Part shown: positions 49,355 to 59,598 of the stretch, piece by piece
Numbering within the stretch: position 1 is the first letter of the stretch
How the letters are laid out: the number at the start of each line of letters is the position of its first letter
DNA from: an uncultured Candidatus Binatia bacterium
Lineage (GTDB): Bacteria > Desulfobacterota > Binatia > UBA9968 > JAJDTQ01
Length of the DNA stretch: 64,000 nt
Assembly: GCA_965242525.1 (NCBI GenBank)
Contig: OZ251459.1
Span: 192,001 to 256,000, forward strand
Direction: 5' to 3'
Program-made: the position numbers and the translations under genes
The notes under the pieces: model-generated
The model's database searches: none
Told to the model about the DNA's origin: nothing
Seen by the model: only the letters and a program-made list of their open reading frames with translations

Positions 49355-50782
49355 ATGTCCGTTCGGACCGGCAGGGAGTACGTCGATGCGCTGCGCGATG
49401 GCCGCGAGGTGTGGCATGCGGGGAAACGCATCGAGGACGTGACCGCGCATCCCGGCTTCACCGGCACCATCGGGACTCTGGCGGACCTGTACGACCGGCA
49501 GGTCTCCGCGGAAGACCGCGACGCCATGACGGTGGCCCGGGAGGGCGGGCGCATCTCGTACAGCTACCTGCCTCCGGTGGACGCCGAAGAGCTCCGGGCC
49601 AAGCGCGGCAACATCGAGATCTGGTCCCGCGAGACCTTCGGCCAGATGGGCCGGTACCCGGAGTTCTGCGCGGAGCTGGTGGTGGGCCTGTTGGACTTCG
49701 CCGACACCCTCGCCGCCCACGACCCGCGCTGGGGCCGCAACGCCCGCGCCTACTACGGCCACTGCATCGCGGGCGACCTGTGCCTGACCCACGCCCTCAC
49801 CGACCAGTTCTACGACCACTCCAGGCGCGTGAGCGAGCAGCGGGACCCGGACCTGGTACTCCACATCGTGGGAGAGACCTCCGAGGGGCCGGTGGTCCGG
49901 GGCCTGCGCAACCTCGCCACCTTGGCGCCCCTGTCCGACGAGGCGCTGGTGTATCCCATCCGTCCCAGGGATGCGGACGAGCCGGACTACGCCATCGCCT
50001 TCGCGATCCCCATGAACGCGCCGGGGCTCAAGATCATCTGCCGGGACCTCTACGCCGAGCACGCCGACCCGGAGCGCTTTCCGTTCACCAGACGGTTCGA
50101 CGAGGTGGACGCCACCCTGGTCTTCGACGACGTGGTGGTGCCGTGGGATCGGGTCTTCGCCTACCGCGCGCCGGAGCTGGTGGCGGGGTTCCACCGGAAC
50201 ATCCAGACCTGGGCCCAGTACGCCACCATGGTGCGGCTCATCACCAAGCTGGAGACTTTCCTGGGCGTCGCGCAACTGCTCACGGAGTGGTCCGGCCGGC
50301 ACGAGACGCCCAACTCGCAGATACGGCTGGCCGCCTTCATCCAGGACCTGGAGATCCTGCGCGACTGCGTGGAGATGGCCGAGAACCGGGCGCGCCGCAC
50401 GGCCGGGGGCCATTGGGCGCCGCTCCTGAGCCCGTCGTACCGGGTGTACAGCATCGAGGCGTCGGACCGGGCGGAGCGCAACATGGAGAGCCTGCTGACC
50501 AGCTCCCTGGTGCTCACCGGCGGCGGCTCGGACCTGGACAGCGGCGAGTTGGGGCCGCTGGTGGAGCGCTATTTCCGCGGCTGCGCCCCCAGCACCCGGG
50601 AGCATCTGCGGCTGCTGGCGGTGGCCGCGGACCTGGTCATGACGCCCTTCGGCAAACGGGGGCAGCTCTACGAGCGCTTGCAGAGCGGCGAGACCGACAA
50701 CATGAGGCGGCGGCTCCACGCGCAGTTCGAGGAGCGCGACGGCGCCGAGCGGCTGCTGGCGTTCATCAACCGGGAGTGGTGA
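49355..50782 (+). CDS. 4-hydroxyphenylacetate 3-hydroxylase (HpaB)-family flavin-dependent monooxygenase, oxygenase component
   Basis: RTGREYVDALRDGREVW...IEDVTAHPGF, GQMGRYPEF, LATLAP, AFAIPMNAPGLKIICR, RFDEVDATLVFDDVVVPWDRVF; ATG 49355 with AAGGAGG RBS. Confidence 0.88.
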   Translation: MSVRTGREYVDALRDGREVWHAGKRIEDVTAHPGFTGTIGTLADLYDRQVSAEDRDAMTVAREGGRISYSYLPPVDAEELRAKRGNIEIWSRETFGQMGRYPEFCAELVVGLLDFADTLAAHDPRWGRNARAYYGHCIAGDLCLTHALTDQFYDHSRRVSEQRDPDLVLHIVGETSEGPVVRGLRNLATLAPLSDEALVYPIRPRDADEPDYAIAFAIPMNAPGLKIICRDLYAEHADPERFPFTRRFDEVDATLVFDDVVVPWDRVFAYRAPELVAGFHRNIQTWAQYATMVRLITKLETFLGVAQLLTEWSGRHETPNSQIRLAAFIQDLEILRDCVEMAENRARRTAGGHWAPLLSPSYRVYSIEASDRAERNMESLLTSSLVLTGGGSDLDSGELGPLVERYFRGCAPSTREHLRLLAVAADLVMTPFGKRGQLYERLQSGETDNMRRRLHAQFEERDGAERLLAFINREW

Positions 50783-51705
50783 CGTTGGCCGCGGCCCCGG
50801 TCTTGCGGCGCGCCCGGTCGGTGGCCGAGTTGCGCTCCTACGGCGGAGGCGTCGGCAGCCTGGCCAGCCGGGCCGCGGGCCTCGCGTTTCGCCCCGGACC
50901 CACCGACGTCCTCATCGCGACCTTTCCCAAATGCGGCACCACTTGGCTGCAGCAGATCGTGCACGGGCTCAGGACCCGGGGGTCCATGGACTTCGACGAG
51001 ATCACCCTGGTGGTGCCGTGGCTCGAGCTTGCGAGGGACCTGGGCCTCGACCCCGACGCCCCGCAGGCGGCCGAGCCCCGGGCGTTCAAGAGCCACCTGA
51101 GCTGGGAGGAGATCCCCAAGGGAGGCCGCTACCTCTCCATGGTGCGGGACCCCGGGGACGTGCTCGTGTCCCTGTACCATTTCCACGAGGGCTGGCGGTT
51201 CGAGCCCGGGGCCATCACCCTGGGGGACTACGCCCGGCAGTTCTTCTTGGCCCCGGAACGGGGCCGGAGGTACTGGAGGCACACGGCGTCCTGGTGGCGG
51301 CAGCGGGGCCGCGGGGACGTGCTGCTGTTGAGCTACGAGGCCGTGTGCGCGGACCTTCCGGGCGCGGTGCGAAGGATCGCGCGCTTCATCGGCTGTCCGC
51401 CGGACCGCGGCCTGCTGGACTTGGTGGTGCGGCAGTCCTCCATCGGCTTCATGAAGGCCCACGGCTCCCGCTTCGACGACCACGTGGTGCGTTCGGTCTG
51501 CAACGCCGCCAACGGCCTCCCGCCCGGAGGCTCGTCCTCCAAGGTGAGGAACGGGAGGGTCGGCGACCACGTGGGCGCGCTGCCCCCGGACGTCCGCCGG
51601 GCCCTGGACCGGATCTGGCGCGAAGAGATGGAAGGTCGTTTCGGCCTCGCCTCCTACCGGGACATGCTCGCCGCCCTCGGCCCCGCGGGGGACTCCCTGG
51701 CGTGA
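50779..51705 (+). CDS. PAPS-dependent sulfotransferase (Sulfotransfer_1, cytosolic SULT-like)
   Basis: 5'-PSB loop ATFPKCGTTWLQQIV, FKSHL, 3'-PB VRDPGDVLVSLYHF, LSYE, KVRNGRVGD; GTG start overlaps the HpaB-like stop (GTGA). Confidence 0.9.
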   Translation: MTLAAAPVLRRARSVAELRSYGGGVGSLASRAAGLAFRPGPTDVLIATFPKCGTTWLQQIVHGLRTRGSMDFDEITLVVPWLELARDLGLDPDAPQAAEPRAFKSHLSWEEIPKGGRYLSMVRDPGDVLVSLYHFHEGWRFEPGAITLGDYARQFFLAPERGRRYWRHTASWWRQRGRGDVLLLSYEAVCADLPGAVRRIARFIGCPPDRGLLDLVVRQSSIGFMKAHGSRFDDHVVRSVCNAANGLPPGGSSSKVRNGRVGDHVGALPPDVRRALDRIWREEMEGRFGLASYRDMLAALGPAGDSLA

Positions 51706-51761
51706 GGGCCGCGGGCGCGGTTCGCGGGAACGGCCATGGGCCGCCTTCCGTGTGGGCCGCC

Positions 51762-52505
51762 CTATTCGTACCGGCCGTCCTTGCCGGCCACCAGCTCGCC
51801 GTCCTCGTAGGTGAATAGCTGCCCGGACTGCTCCATGGGCGCCTGGGCCGCCAGCACGAAGCCCTGTCCCAGTATCTCCGGGGTCGGGAGCCGGGTGAAC
51901 GCCTCCTCGGGCGCTCCTTCGGTGACGATGGGAACCCTGGGCGAGAAGACCACCACGCAGACGTTGGACTCCCGGACCTCTTCGGCCACGTACCGGGTGA
52001 AGGTCCAGATGGCGTCCTTGGTGACCACGTAGGCGCAGGCGCCCCCGGGCTTGACGCCCCCGCCGCCGTAGAGGTTGATGATGTGCCCGGACCGGCGCGG
52101 CTCCATGTGGTCCAGGGCGTGCTTGGTGCAGAGGAAGGTGCCGCCCAGGTTGGTCTGGATCACCCGGTCCCAGAACCCCAGGCCCATGTCCCGGACCAGC
52201 GGCCAGCGGGGGATGCCCCAGGCGAAATGCGGCACGATGGCGGCGTTGTTCACCAGCACGTCGATGCGCCCGAAACGCTGGACCACCTGTTCGAAGGCCC
52301 CCTTCACCGCGTCCTCGTTCCGGACGTTGGCGTTGATGCCCAGGGCGTCGGTCATCTCCCCGAGCTCGGGGCCGGTCTTGTCCAGCCATTCCTGGTTCAC
52401 GTCGATGATGACGACCCTGGCCTTCTCCCGCGCGAACGTCAGCGCGGCGTGGCGTCCGATGCCTTTGCCGCCGCCGGTCACGACCACCACTTTTCCTTCC
52501 AGCAT
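51762..52505 (-). CDS. Short-chain dehydrogenase/reductase (SDR)
   Basis: MLEGKVVVVTGGGKGIG, DVLVNNAA, YVVTK (YxxxK); has its own GGAGG RBS but is in frame with the upstream Mo-subunit ORF. Confidence 0.88.
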   Translation of the reverse strand: MLEGKVVVVTGGGKGIGRHAALTFAREKARVVIIDVNQEWLDKTGPELGEMTDALGINANVRNEDAVKGAFEQVVQRFGRIDVLVNNAAIVPHFAWGIPRWPLVRDMGLGFWDRVIQTNLGGTFLCTKHALDHMEPRRSGHIINLYGGGGVKPGGACAYVVTKDAIWTFTRYVAEEVRESNVCVVVFSPRVPIVTEGAPEEAFTRLPTPEILGQGFVLAAQAPMEQSGQLFTYEDGELVAGKDGRYE

Positions 52506-54869
52506 GTGGATCCTCCGTTGGCTACCGGAACGTCCGGAATCCCGTTCCCTTCCTGCCGGGTCCCCGTGGAGCGGCGCCGGCCCTCCGGGTCCCGAACCCC
52601 CGCGCGGGTCGGCCCCTGACGCCGCCGGGGCTCCCTGCCCGCGCTCCTCCAGCCCGCGGAAGACCTTCTCCGCGGTCACCGGGATATCGAAGAGGCGCAC
52701 GCCCACGGCGTCGGCGACCGCGTTGGCGATGGCCGCCGGGGAGTTGTTGTTGGCGAACTCGCCGATGGCCTTGGCGCCGTGGGGCGCCAACCCGCCGCCG
52801 GACTCCACCAGCACCGTCTCCAGGCGGGGTACGTCGCGGATGGTGGGCAGCTTGTAGTCGCCCAGGCTGGCGTTCGCCACCCTGCCGTCCTCCAGCACCA
52901 GCTCTTCCATGAGGGCCTGGCCCACGCCCATGACGACGCCGCCGTCGATCTGGCCCTGGTGCGTGACGGGGTTGATGACGGCGCCTACGTCATGGGCCGT
53001 GACCATGCGCTCCACGCGCGTCGCTCCGGTCTCGGGGTCCACTTCCACCTCCGCCACCTGCGCGCACACGTAGGTCACGTCGTCCCGGTAGGGGAAGTCC
53101 TCCTCGACGGTCACGGTCCGGTGGTCCGGGTTCCGGGAGGCCACCTGCGCCAGGGAGAGGCTCTGCCCCAGGTCGGTCCGGAGCGAGAACCGGCCGTTGG
53201 CGTATACCACGTCCGAAGAGCCGCATTCCAGCATGCGGGCGGCGCAGTCGGTGAGCTTGGCCAGCAGCCCCTCGCAGGCCTTCTCCGCGGCTTGCCCCGC
53301 GGTATAGGTGACCCGGCTGGCCCGGGCGCCCGTGTCATAGGGAGCGGTATCGGTGTCGCCGGTGACCACCCGAACCCGTTCCAGCGCCAACTGCATGCGC
53401 TCGGCCGCCAGTTGGCGCAGGATCGTGTGGGCGCCGGTCCCCTGGTCCACGGTGGGGCTCAGCACCGCAAGCATGCCGTCGGCCTCGGCCGAGACCGTGA
53501 TGCCGGTTTCGCCGCCGGAGATGTGGCGCCCGTAGATGGCCATGCCCCGCCCGCGGTTGGCCCCCGGCCCGGGACCGTACCAGTCTGCCGCGGCCAGGGC
53601 GCGGGTCAGCACCGGATGGATCTGCACGCCGGTGAGCCGTTTGCCGATGGCGTCCTCCTCGTTCTCCCGCAGGACGTTGCGCAGGCGGAACTCGCCCGGG
53701 TCCATGCCGAGCTCCCGCGCGATCAGGTCGGTGTGGGATTCCAGAGCGAAGAAGGTGGGGATGGATCCCGGGCTCCGGTAATAGCCTCCCGGGGTGGTGT
53801 TGGTATAGACCTGCAGGAACTCCAGGGCGGCGTGCTCCACCCGGTAGAGGCCCCCGGCGTAGTGCCAGGTGGCGAAGGAGGCGCTGGCCTTGAGGGCGCC
53901 GTAGGCCCCGCCGGCGTGCCACGCCTTCACGCGGCGCGCCACGATCCGGCCGTCCCTCTTGACCCCGGTGCGGACGGTCATCACCGTCGCCTCGTCCGGG
54001 TTGCAGGCCGTCAGCTCCTCCGCATAGGTCATGACGATCTTCACCGGCCGTCCCGACTCCCGGGCGAGGAGGAAGGCGATGGGCAGGTCCCTCGCGTCTC
54101 CCTTGCCGCCGAACTCGCCGCCGACGTTCACCGGGTGGACCCGGACGCGGCCTTCTTCGACGCCGACGGCGCCGGCCAGCATCCGGCGGGTGCGGAAGGG
54201 GTCCTTGGTGCTCGCCCAGACTCGGACGCGGCCGTCGGGGTCGAGGGCCACCAGTCCCGCGTGCGGCTCCAGGTAGCCCTGGTGCCGGCCGGGGACCCGA
54301 AACGTATGCTCCAGGGTCAGGTCGGCGTCGCGGAAGCCCTGCTCCACGTCGCCCTTGGTCCAGAGCAGCCGGGTGAGCCCGTTGCGGACGTCCGCGGCCA
54401 GCCGCTCGTGCGGCGCTCCCGGGTACGCGCCCACGTCGTCGTGCAGCAACGGCGCCCCGGGCCCGGTGGCCTCCACCGGGTCGAACACCGCCGGCAGGAC
54501 CTCGTAGTCCACTTCGATGAGACCCAGGGCGGCCTCCGCGGCGTCGGGGGTCTCCGCGGCCACCGCGGCCACCCGGTCGCCCACGTACCGCACCCGGTCC
54601 CAGCACAGCACCGGCATGTCCCGGATCTGCTTGCCCATGAAACGGCGCGGCGCCTCCGGGCCGGTGACCACGGCCTTGACCCCGGGAGCGCTCCTGGCCC
54701 GGCTTGCGTCGATGCCGCGGATGCGCGCGTGGGCGTGGGGGCTTCGGAGGACCTTGCCCCACAGCAGCCCCTCGCACGGGACGTCCGCGGCGTAGCGCGT
54801 GCGCCCGGTGACCTTGTCGGGACCCTCGGCCCGCGGCGCCGGGACGCCGACCATGCGGGTTGCGCTCAT
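52506..54869 (-). CDS. Xanthine dehydrogenase/CoxL-family molybdopterin-binding subunit (no in-frame stop before the SDR)
   Basis: KVTGRTRYAAD, LRSPHAHARI, VGGEFGGK, YRSPG, DQGTG, GQIDGGVVMGVGQAL, GAKAIGE; the frame continues to 51762. Confidence 0.88.
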
Positions 54870-55275
54870 GACGGTCTCCTCACGGAATGCGATGGAACCG
54901 GATTATCCACCATACCGACCGTCAGGACAACCGCGGGGCGAAGGCCGTTGGTTGCGCCGCGGTGGACTCCGTCCGGTCCAAGTCCACCGCCTGATCCACC
55001 TCGGGCAGGTCAGGCGGGGTCGGTCGGCGCGTCCGGGGGCCTGACGGCGCAGGATTGGGTCGTGTCACGATGGCGGACGGGCTGTTTCCAACGAGACGCA
55101 AGCAGGTTGCCATGAACGTTCGCCATGTTACGTTTGGCGAGATGCACGGAGCGGTTTGGGCATGGCTGGGAAGGGTGCCGGCGTCCTCGTTCGTGGCGGC
55201 GTTCATGCTGGCATGGAGGAGTTTCCCGAGGAACGGCCACCCGGGTGGTACGGAGGCGGGTCCGTGGTGTCCGCC

Positions 55276-56670
55276 ATGGCGATGATGATGATGCGCGAGA
55301 CGGGAGGATGGCGAGATCATGAATCCCCCTCCCCCAGGGGAGGGGGGAGCCGGTTTCGCCGTGGGTTGCGGCTGGTAGGCTGGAATGCTCTCCTGCTCAT
55401 CCTGGGGGTGGCTCTGGTCGCAATGGCCGGGGAAGCCTGCCTCCGGCTGGCCAAGCCGTTCATGATGTCGAGCGACTCCCGGGAATTCGTCCCGAACGTA
55501 GGTTATCTCAGGCCCCCGAACACGGAGGTGCTCGGTACCAACTCACTCGACTTCTGGAACGTCTCCCGCACCAACAGCCTGGGTTTCCTCGACCGCGAAC
55601 CCCTCAGCCCCGAGCGTGCGGCCGCAACCTGCCATATCTCGATGATCGGGGACTCCTTCGTGGTGGCGAAGGAAGTCCCCATCCATGAAAAGTTCCACGT
55701 TCGACTCGAAGAACTCGCCGCTCGCCGGTTGCCCCACCTGCATGTCACCACTTCGGCCTTTGGGAAGGGAGACACCGGTCAGGTCCAGCAACTGCCGTTC
55801 TACGACGAATATGCCCGCCTGCTGCATCCCAAACTGCTCGTGCTGGTCTTCGTTCGCAATGATTTCGTCGACAACACGCCGGTTCTGAGAGCATTGGATA
55901 TAGCAGGAGGAAGGGTCTCGAAACTATCTTTGGAGCCCATGGTGCGAAGGCGCTCGGACGGAAAGTTGGAATTGTCCCTCCCCCAGGCCCCGCTTCCGTC
56001 GAGTCACCGGGTCCGGGCATCATGGGCCGCCCGCGCCATGGAGGAAGCGGCGGACCGTTCGTGGTTCGTCTTCTGGTTGAGCAGGAAGAAGGAAGCCCTG
56101 TTTCCTTCCGGCTCGAAACACGGGTTCGTCCAGGCCGTGGAGGCTCTGAGGCGACAGCCCGCCTATGCCGCGCTGCTCGAAGGATGGCGGCCTGCCAGTT
56201 GGACCGACATGCGTCGAGACTTCACCCGAAGGGACCTGCATCCCCTTTTCGAGGATGCCCTGCGATACACCCGCTTCGCGCTGGCGCAGTTCAAGCAGCG
56301 CGCCGACCGGGACGGGGCCAGGCTGGTGGTCCTGGCGTCACACACCTTGCGGCGCTACCGCTACGGACCCCGCATGTTCGAGCTGTTGCGTGAAATGGCC
56401 GCAACCCTCGATGTTCCCGTCATCGACCATGCCGACTTCATCCTCCGCCAGGGCGCCAACCCCGGAGAGGCGAATTGGCGCCAGGACTACCACTGGAACG
56501 CCGCCGGCCACCGCTGGGCCGCCGAGGCCCTGCTCGAATACATCGAGAAGCATCCGGCAATCTGCGACAGGCCGACCGGACCGTTGGGCGGCGCTACGAT
56601 TCCGGCACCAGGGAGCGGCGGCCGAACCACCAGAAGACCAGGACCAGGGGGGTCAGGACGAGGGTCATGA
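55276..56670 (+). CDS. Membrane-anchored SGNH/GDSL hydrolase-fold protein (AlgX/AlgJ-like); start uncertain
   Basis: TM segment NALLLILGVALVAMAGE, RTNSLGFLD, block I MIGDSFV, VFVRND, block V DYHWNAAGH. Confidence 0.75.
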   Translation: MAMMMMRETGGWRDHESPSPRGGGSRFRRGLRLVGWNALLLILGVALVAMAGEACLRLAKPFMMSSDSREFVPNVGYLRPPNTEVLGTNSLDFWNVSRTNSLGFLDREPLSPERAAATCHISMIGDSFVVAKEVPIHEKFHVRLEELAARRLPHLHVTTSAFGKGDTGQVQQLPFYDEYARLLHPKLLVLVFVRNDFVDNTPVLRALDIAGGRVSKLSLEPMVRRRSDGKLELSLPQAPLPSSHRVRASWAARAMEEAADRSWFVFWLSRKKEALFPSGSKHGFVQAVEALRRQPAYAALLEGWRPASWTDMRRDFTRRDLHPLFEDALRYTRFALAQFKQRADRDGARLVVLASHTLRRYRYGPRMFELLREMAATLDVPVIDHADFILRQGANPGEANWRQDYHWNAAGHRWAAEALLEYIEKHPAICDRPTGPLGGATIPAPGSGGRTTRRPGPGGSGRGS

Positions 56671-58333
56671 CCAGGGTCACCGCGGCCGCGGCGTTGATGG
56701 CGCCCGAAGACCAGTAGCTCCAGACGACGGCCGGGAGCGTCACGCTGTCGTGGCCGATGAGGAACACCGCCACGGTGAGCTCCCGATAGACCAGGATGGC
56801 GGACCAGATCCACACCGACATGAGCGTGGGCCGGAGCAGCGGCACGAGGATCCTCCAGGACGTCCGCACGGCCGACAGGCCCGCGGTATAGGCGGCCTCC
56901 TCCAGCTCCTTGTGGATCTGGAGCAGGGAGCCGTTGAGGGCGCGGGTGGCGAAGGCCAACCGGGACACCACATAGACGATGGCGATGAGCCACACCGAGC
57001 CGTAGAGCGGCGCCACCCCCTTGAGGACGAACAGGGCCAGCAGCAGCGCGGCGATGGCCAGTATGGCCTCGGGCAGGGCGTGGGGCAGGAAGGCGCCGAA
57101 CTCCAGGGCGTAGCGGTAGCGGGTGCGTGAGCGCACGATGAGCCACGAGACCGCGAAGGCCAGCAACAGGGTCACCGACGGCGCCACCGCCACCAGCAGC
57201 GCGGTGTTCCGGATCCCCCGCCACACCAGGCTCCAGTCCACGCTGTGGAACGAGGCGAAGGAGGCGCGGCCGAGCATCTCCCAGGAAGGCGGCGCCAGGT
57301 AGGGCGTGAAGGCCACGTAGGCGATCAACAGCAGCGGCAGCAGTTTCGACGCCAGGACGTAGAGGGCGATGAAGCCCCAGGCCGCCGGGCCCCAGCGGCC
57401 CAGGTCCAGGAGCGCCGGGCGGTAGCCCTTGCCGGTCACCACCTCGTAGCGGTGCCCCTGGCGCAGCACCTGGCTGTACCACCACGTGAGCAGCACGGCC
57501 ACCGCGATCATCAGCACGCCCAGGGCCGCGGTGACGCCGTGCTCGGGAAACTCGTCGTCCCCGGGGTTGGTCTTCAGATAGACGAAGGTGCTGAGCATGT
57601 ACACCCGGTTGCCGAGCCCGATGATGGCCGGGATGTCGAAGGTGGCGATGCCGATGGTCACCATGTAGATGACCGCGGCGAGTATGGCCGGGAAGGCCAG
57701 CGGCAGGGTGACTCGCCGGAGCGTGGCGAAGAAGCCCATGCCGTGGATCCGCGCCGCCTCCTCCAGGGACGGGTTCATGGCCCGGAACATCTGGGCGGTG
57801 AGGATGAAGGCCAGGGCGGCCAGGCTGAGCCCCTGGACGAAGCCCATGCCCATCGGGGTGGCGATGTTGACGGGCCCCTGCTCCAGCCCCAGCAGGCCCG
57901 CCAGCCAGCGGTTGAAGAAGCCGATGCGCTGGTGCGCGAGGAAGGTCCAGCCCATGGCGGTGTAGATGCCGGGGATCAGCAGGCCCAGGGTCATGATGGT
58001 ATAGACCAGGCCCTTGCCGCCCAGGGTGGTGCGCTCGGTGAGCCATGCGATGGGCAGGCCGATGGCCAGGGCCACCAGCGTGGTGGTCACGGTGAAGACC
58101 AGGGTGTGGAAGGTGACCCGGGCCACGAACGGGTCGGCCAGGATCTCGGCGTAGTTGCGAAGGGTGTAGGTGGCGTCGAGGGTCCCCAGGATGCCGGTCT
58201 GGAAGCTGATCCAGACCAGCACCGCCACCAGCGCGGAGATGACCGCCATCGGCGCGATGGCGAGCCCCAGCAACACCGGCGACACCCTGGGCCGGAGCGC
58301 GCGGAGACGGGGCAGGCTCGGTACGGCGTCCAT
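56594..58333 (-). CDS. ABC transporter permease (FbpB/ThiP-type, duplicated TMD)
   Basis: Many TM helices; two EAA loops (SLEEAARIHG, ELEEAAYTAG). Confidence 0.92.
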   Translation of the reverse strand: MDAVPSLPRLRALRPRVSPVLLGLAIAPMAVISALVAVLVWISFQTGILGTLDATYTLRNYAEILADPFVARVTFHTLVFTVTTTLVALAIGLPIAWLTERTTLGGKGLVYTIMTLGLLIPGIYTAMGWTFLAHQRIGFFNRWLAGLLGLEQGPVNIATPMGMGFVQGLSLAALAFILTAQMFRAMNPSLEEAARIHGMGFFATLRRVTLPLAFPAILAAVIYMVTIGIATFDIPAIIGLGNRVYMLSTFVYLKTNPGDDEFPEHGVTAALGVLMIAVAVLLTWWYSQVLRQGHRYEVVTGKGYRPALLDLGRWGPAAWGFIALYVLASKLLPLLLIAYVAFTPYLAPPSWEMLGRASFASFHSVDWSLVWRGIRNTALLVAVAPSVTLLLAFAVSWLIVRSRTRYRYALEFGAFLPHALPEAILAIAALLLALFVLKGVAPLYGSVWLIAIVYVVSRLAFATRALNGSLLQIHKELEEAAYTAGLSAVRTSWRILVPLLRPTLMSVWIWSAILVYRELTVAVFLIGHDSVTLPAVVWSYWSSGAINAAAAVTLVMTLVLTPLVLVFWWFGRRSLVPES

Positions 58334-58442
58334 GAGGGTTTGGGGCAGGGCCGGCGCCCGGCGCGCCCCTCACTCCGAAAAGGACCCCGAAAGGGCTTCC
58401 CGGAGTGGGGGACCGACCCGGGACCTCGCATCCGCGGCCCTG

Positions 58443-59555
58443 CTACTTCTGCTGCAGGATCTTCTCCAGCTCCTTGCGGGTGGCGCGGTAGTCCTTCTGC
58501 GACCCCAGCCATTGGGGGGAGTTGACCACCACCTTGGCGCCCCGGGCCCGGGCGTCCGCCAGCACCTTCCGCTCGTTGGACTCCGGGTACAGGTGGAAGT
58601 CGAAGCCGTTGACCTCCCACATCCACTTCTGGCCTTCCGGGGTGTGCAGGTAGGCGATGAACAGGGCGGCCGCGTTGGGCGCCGAGGAGTGCACGGGGAC
58701 GCCGCCGTAGCGGGTGTGGGACACCACCGCCTCGGACATCACCGCGTAGCCCAGGGGATGGCCCTTGCGCTTGCCCTGGTTGACGTACTGGTCGCCGCAG
58801 CTCATCACCAGCATGGCGAACTCGCCGCTGGTGATGCGGTCCGTCTCGCCGCACCGGATGAGGCCGCCGATGTGCTTCGAGAGCTTCTTCGTGAACTCGA
58901 CCATGGCCTCCTTGCCCAGCAGGTCGTCCATGGCGAACTCGCGCATGCCCGCGGCGTAGGGCGTGGAGGCGATCTTGCCTTTCCACTTGGGGGCCAGGAC
59001 GTCGGCCAGGCTCCTGGGCGCGTCGCCGCCCTTCACGATGTCCGAGTTGTACATCACCCCCACCAGGGTCGAGGCCGAGGCGAGCCCGATGCCCTTGGGA
59101 GCCACGGGGTCGAAGCCCGGCGAATCCAGCATCGGCCGTCCCAGGTAGGCCATCCAGTTCATGGACCGCATCAACCCCACCTTGCCCGACTGGAGCATGC
59201 CGCCGGAATTGCCCCACACCACGTCGGTGCTGGCGGGTTGGCCGGCCTTCATCTCGCGGGTGAGGTTGCCGATGACGCGGGTCATGCTCGGACCCGGTGT
59301 GAACTTGGGTTGGATGTTGGTGCCGTACATCTTGTTCATGCCGGCCACGATCTGGGCCATTCCCTTGCCGCCGTCGAGGCTGCGCGACGACCACATGGCC
59401 CTCAGGGTGGTCTCCTTCCTGGCTCCGGCCACCAGCTCCTCCAGGGTCTTGGGCGCGTCCGCGGCCAGGGCCCCCAGGGGCGGGAAGAGCAGGAAGAGCG
59501 TCAGGCATGCCGCGGCCAGCGGCCGCGTCCCGTTTCCGCCGGTAAAGTTGCGCAT
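58443..59555 (-). CDS. ABC transporter substrate-binding protein (Fe3+/anion/polyamine cluster)
   Basis: Signal peptide, LVAGARKE, YNSDIV...PRSLADVLAPKWKGKI, APNAAALFIAYLHTPEGQK. Confidence 0.88.
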   Translation of the reverse strand: MRNFTGGNGTRPLAAACLTLFLLFPPLGALAADAPKTLEELVAGARKETTLRAMWSSRSLDGGKGMAQIVAGMNKMYGTNIQPKFTPGPSMTRVIGNLTREMKAGQPASTDVVWGNSGGMLQSGKVGLMRSMNWMAYLGRPMLDSPGFDPVAPKGIGLASASTLVGVMYNSDIVKGGDAPRSLADVLAPKWKGKIASTPYAAGMREFAMDDLLGKEAMVEFTKKLSKHIGGLIRCGETDRITSGEFAMLVMSCGDQYVNQGKRKGHPLGYAVMSEAVVSHTRYGGVPVHSSAPNAAALFIAYLHTPEGQKWMWEVNGFDFHLYPESNERKVLADARARGAKVVVNSPQWLGSQKDYRATRKELEKILQQK

Positions 59556-59598
59556 GAGGGTTCCTCCTCCGTCGGTTGGGGCCTCGAAAGCCGGGTCT

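Noticed and set aside
49411-50778. N-terminal part of the 764-aa ORF (apparent large sulfotransferase)
   Set aside because: Alternative frame of the HpaB-like gene; sulfotransferase motifs start after 50779.
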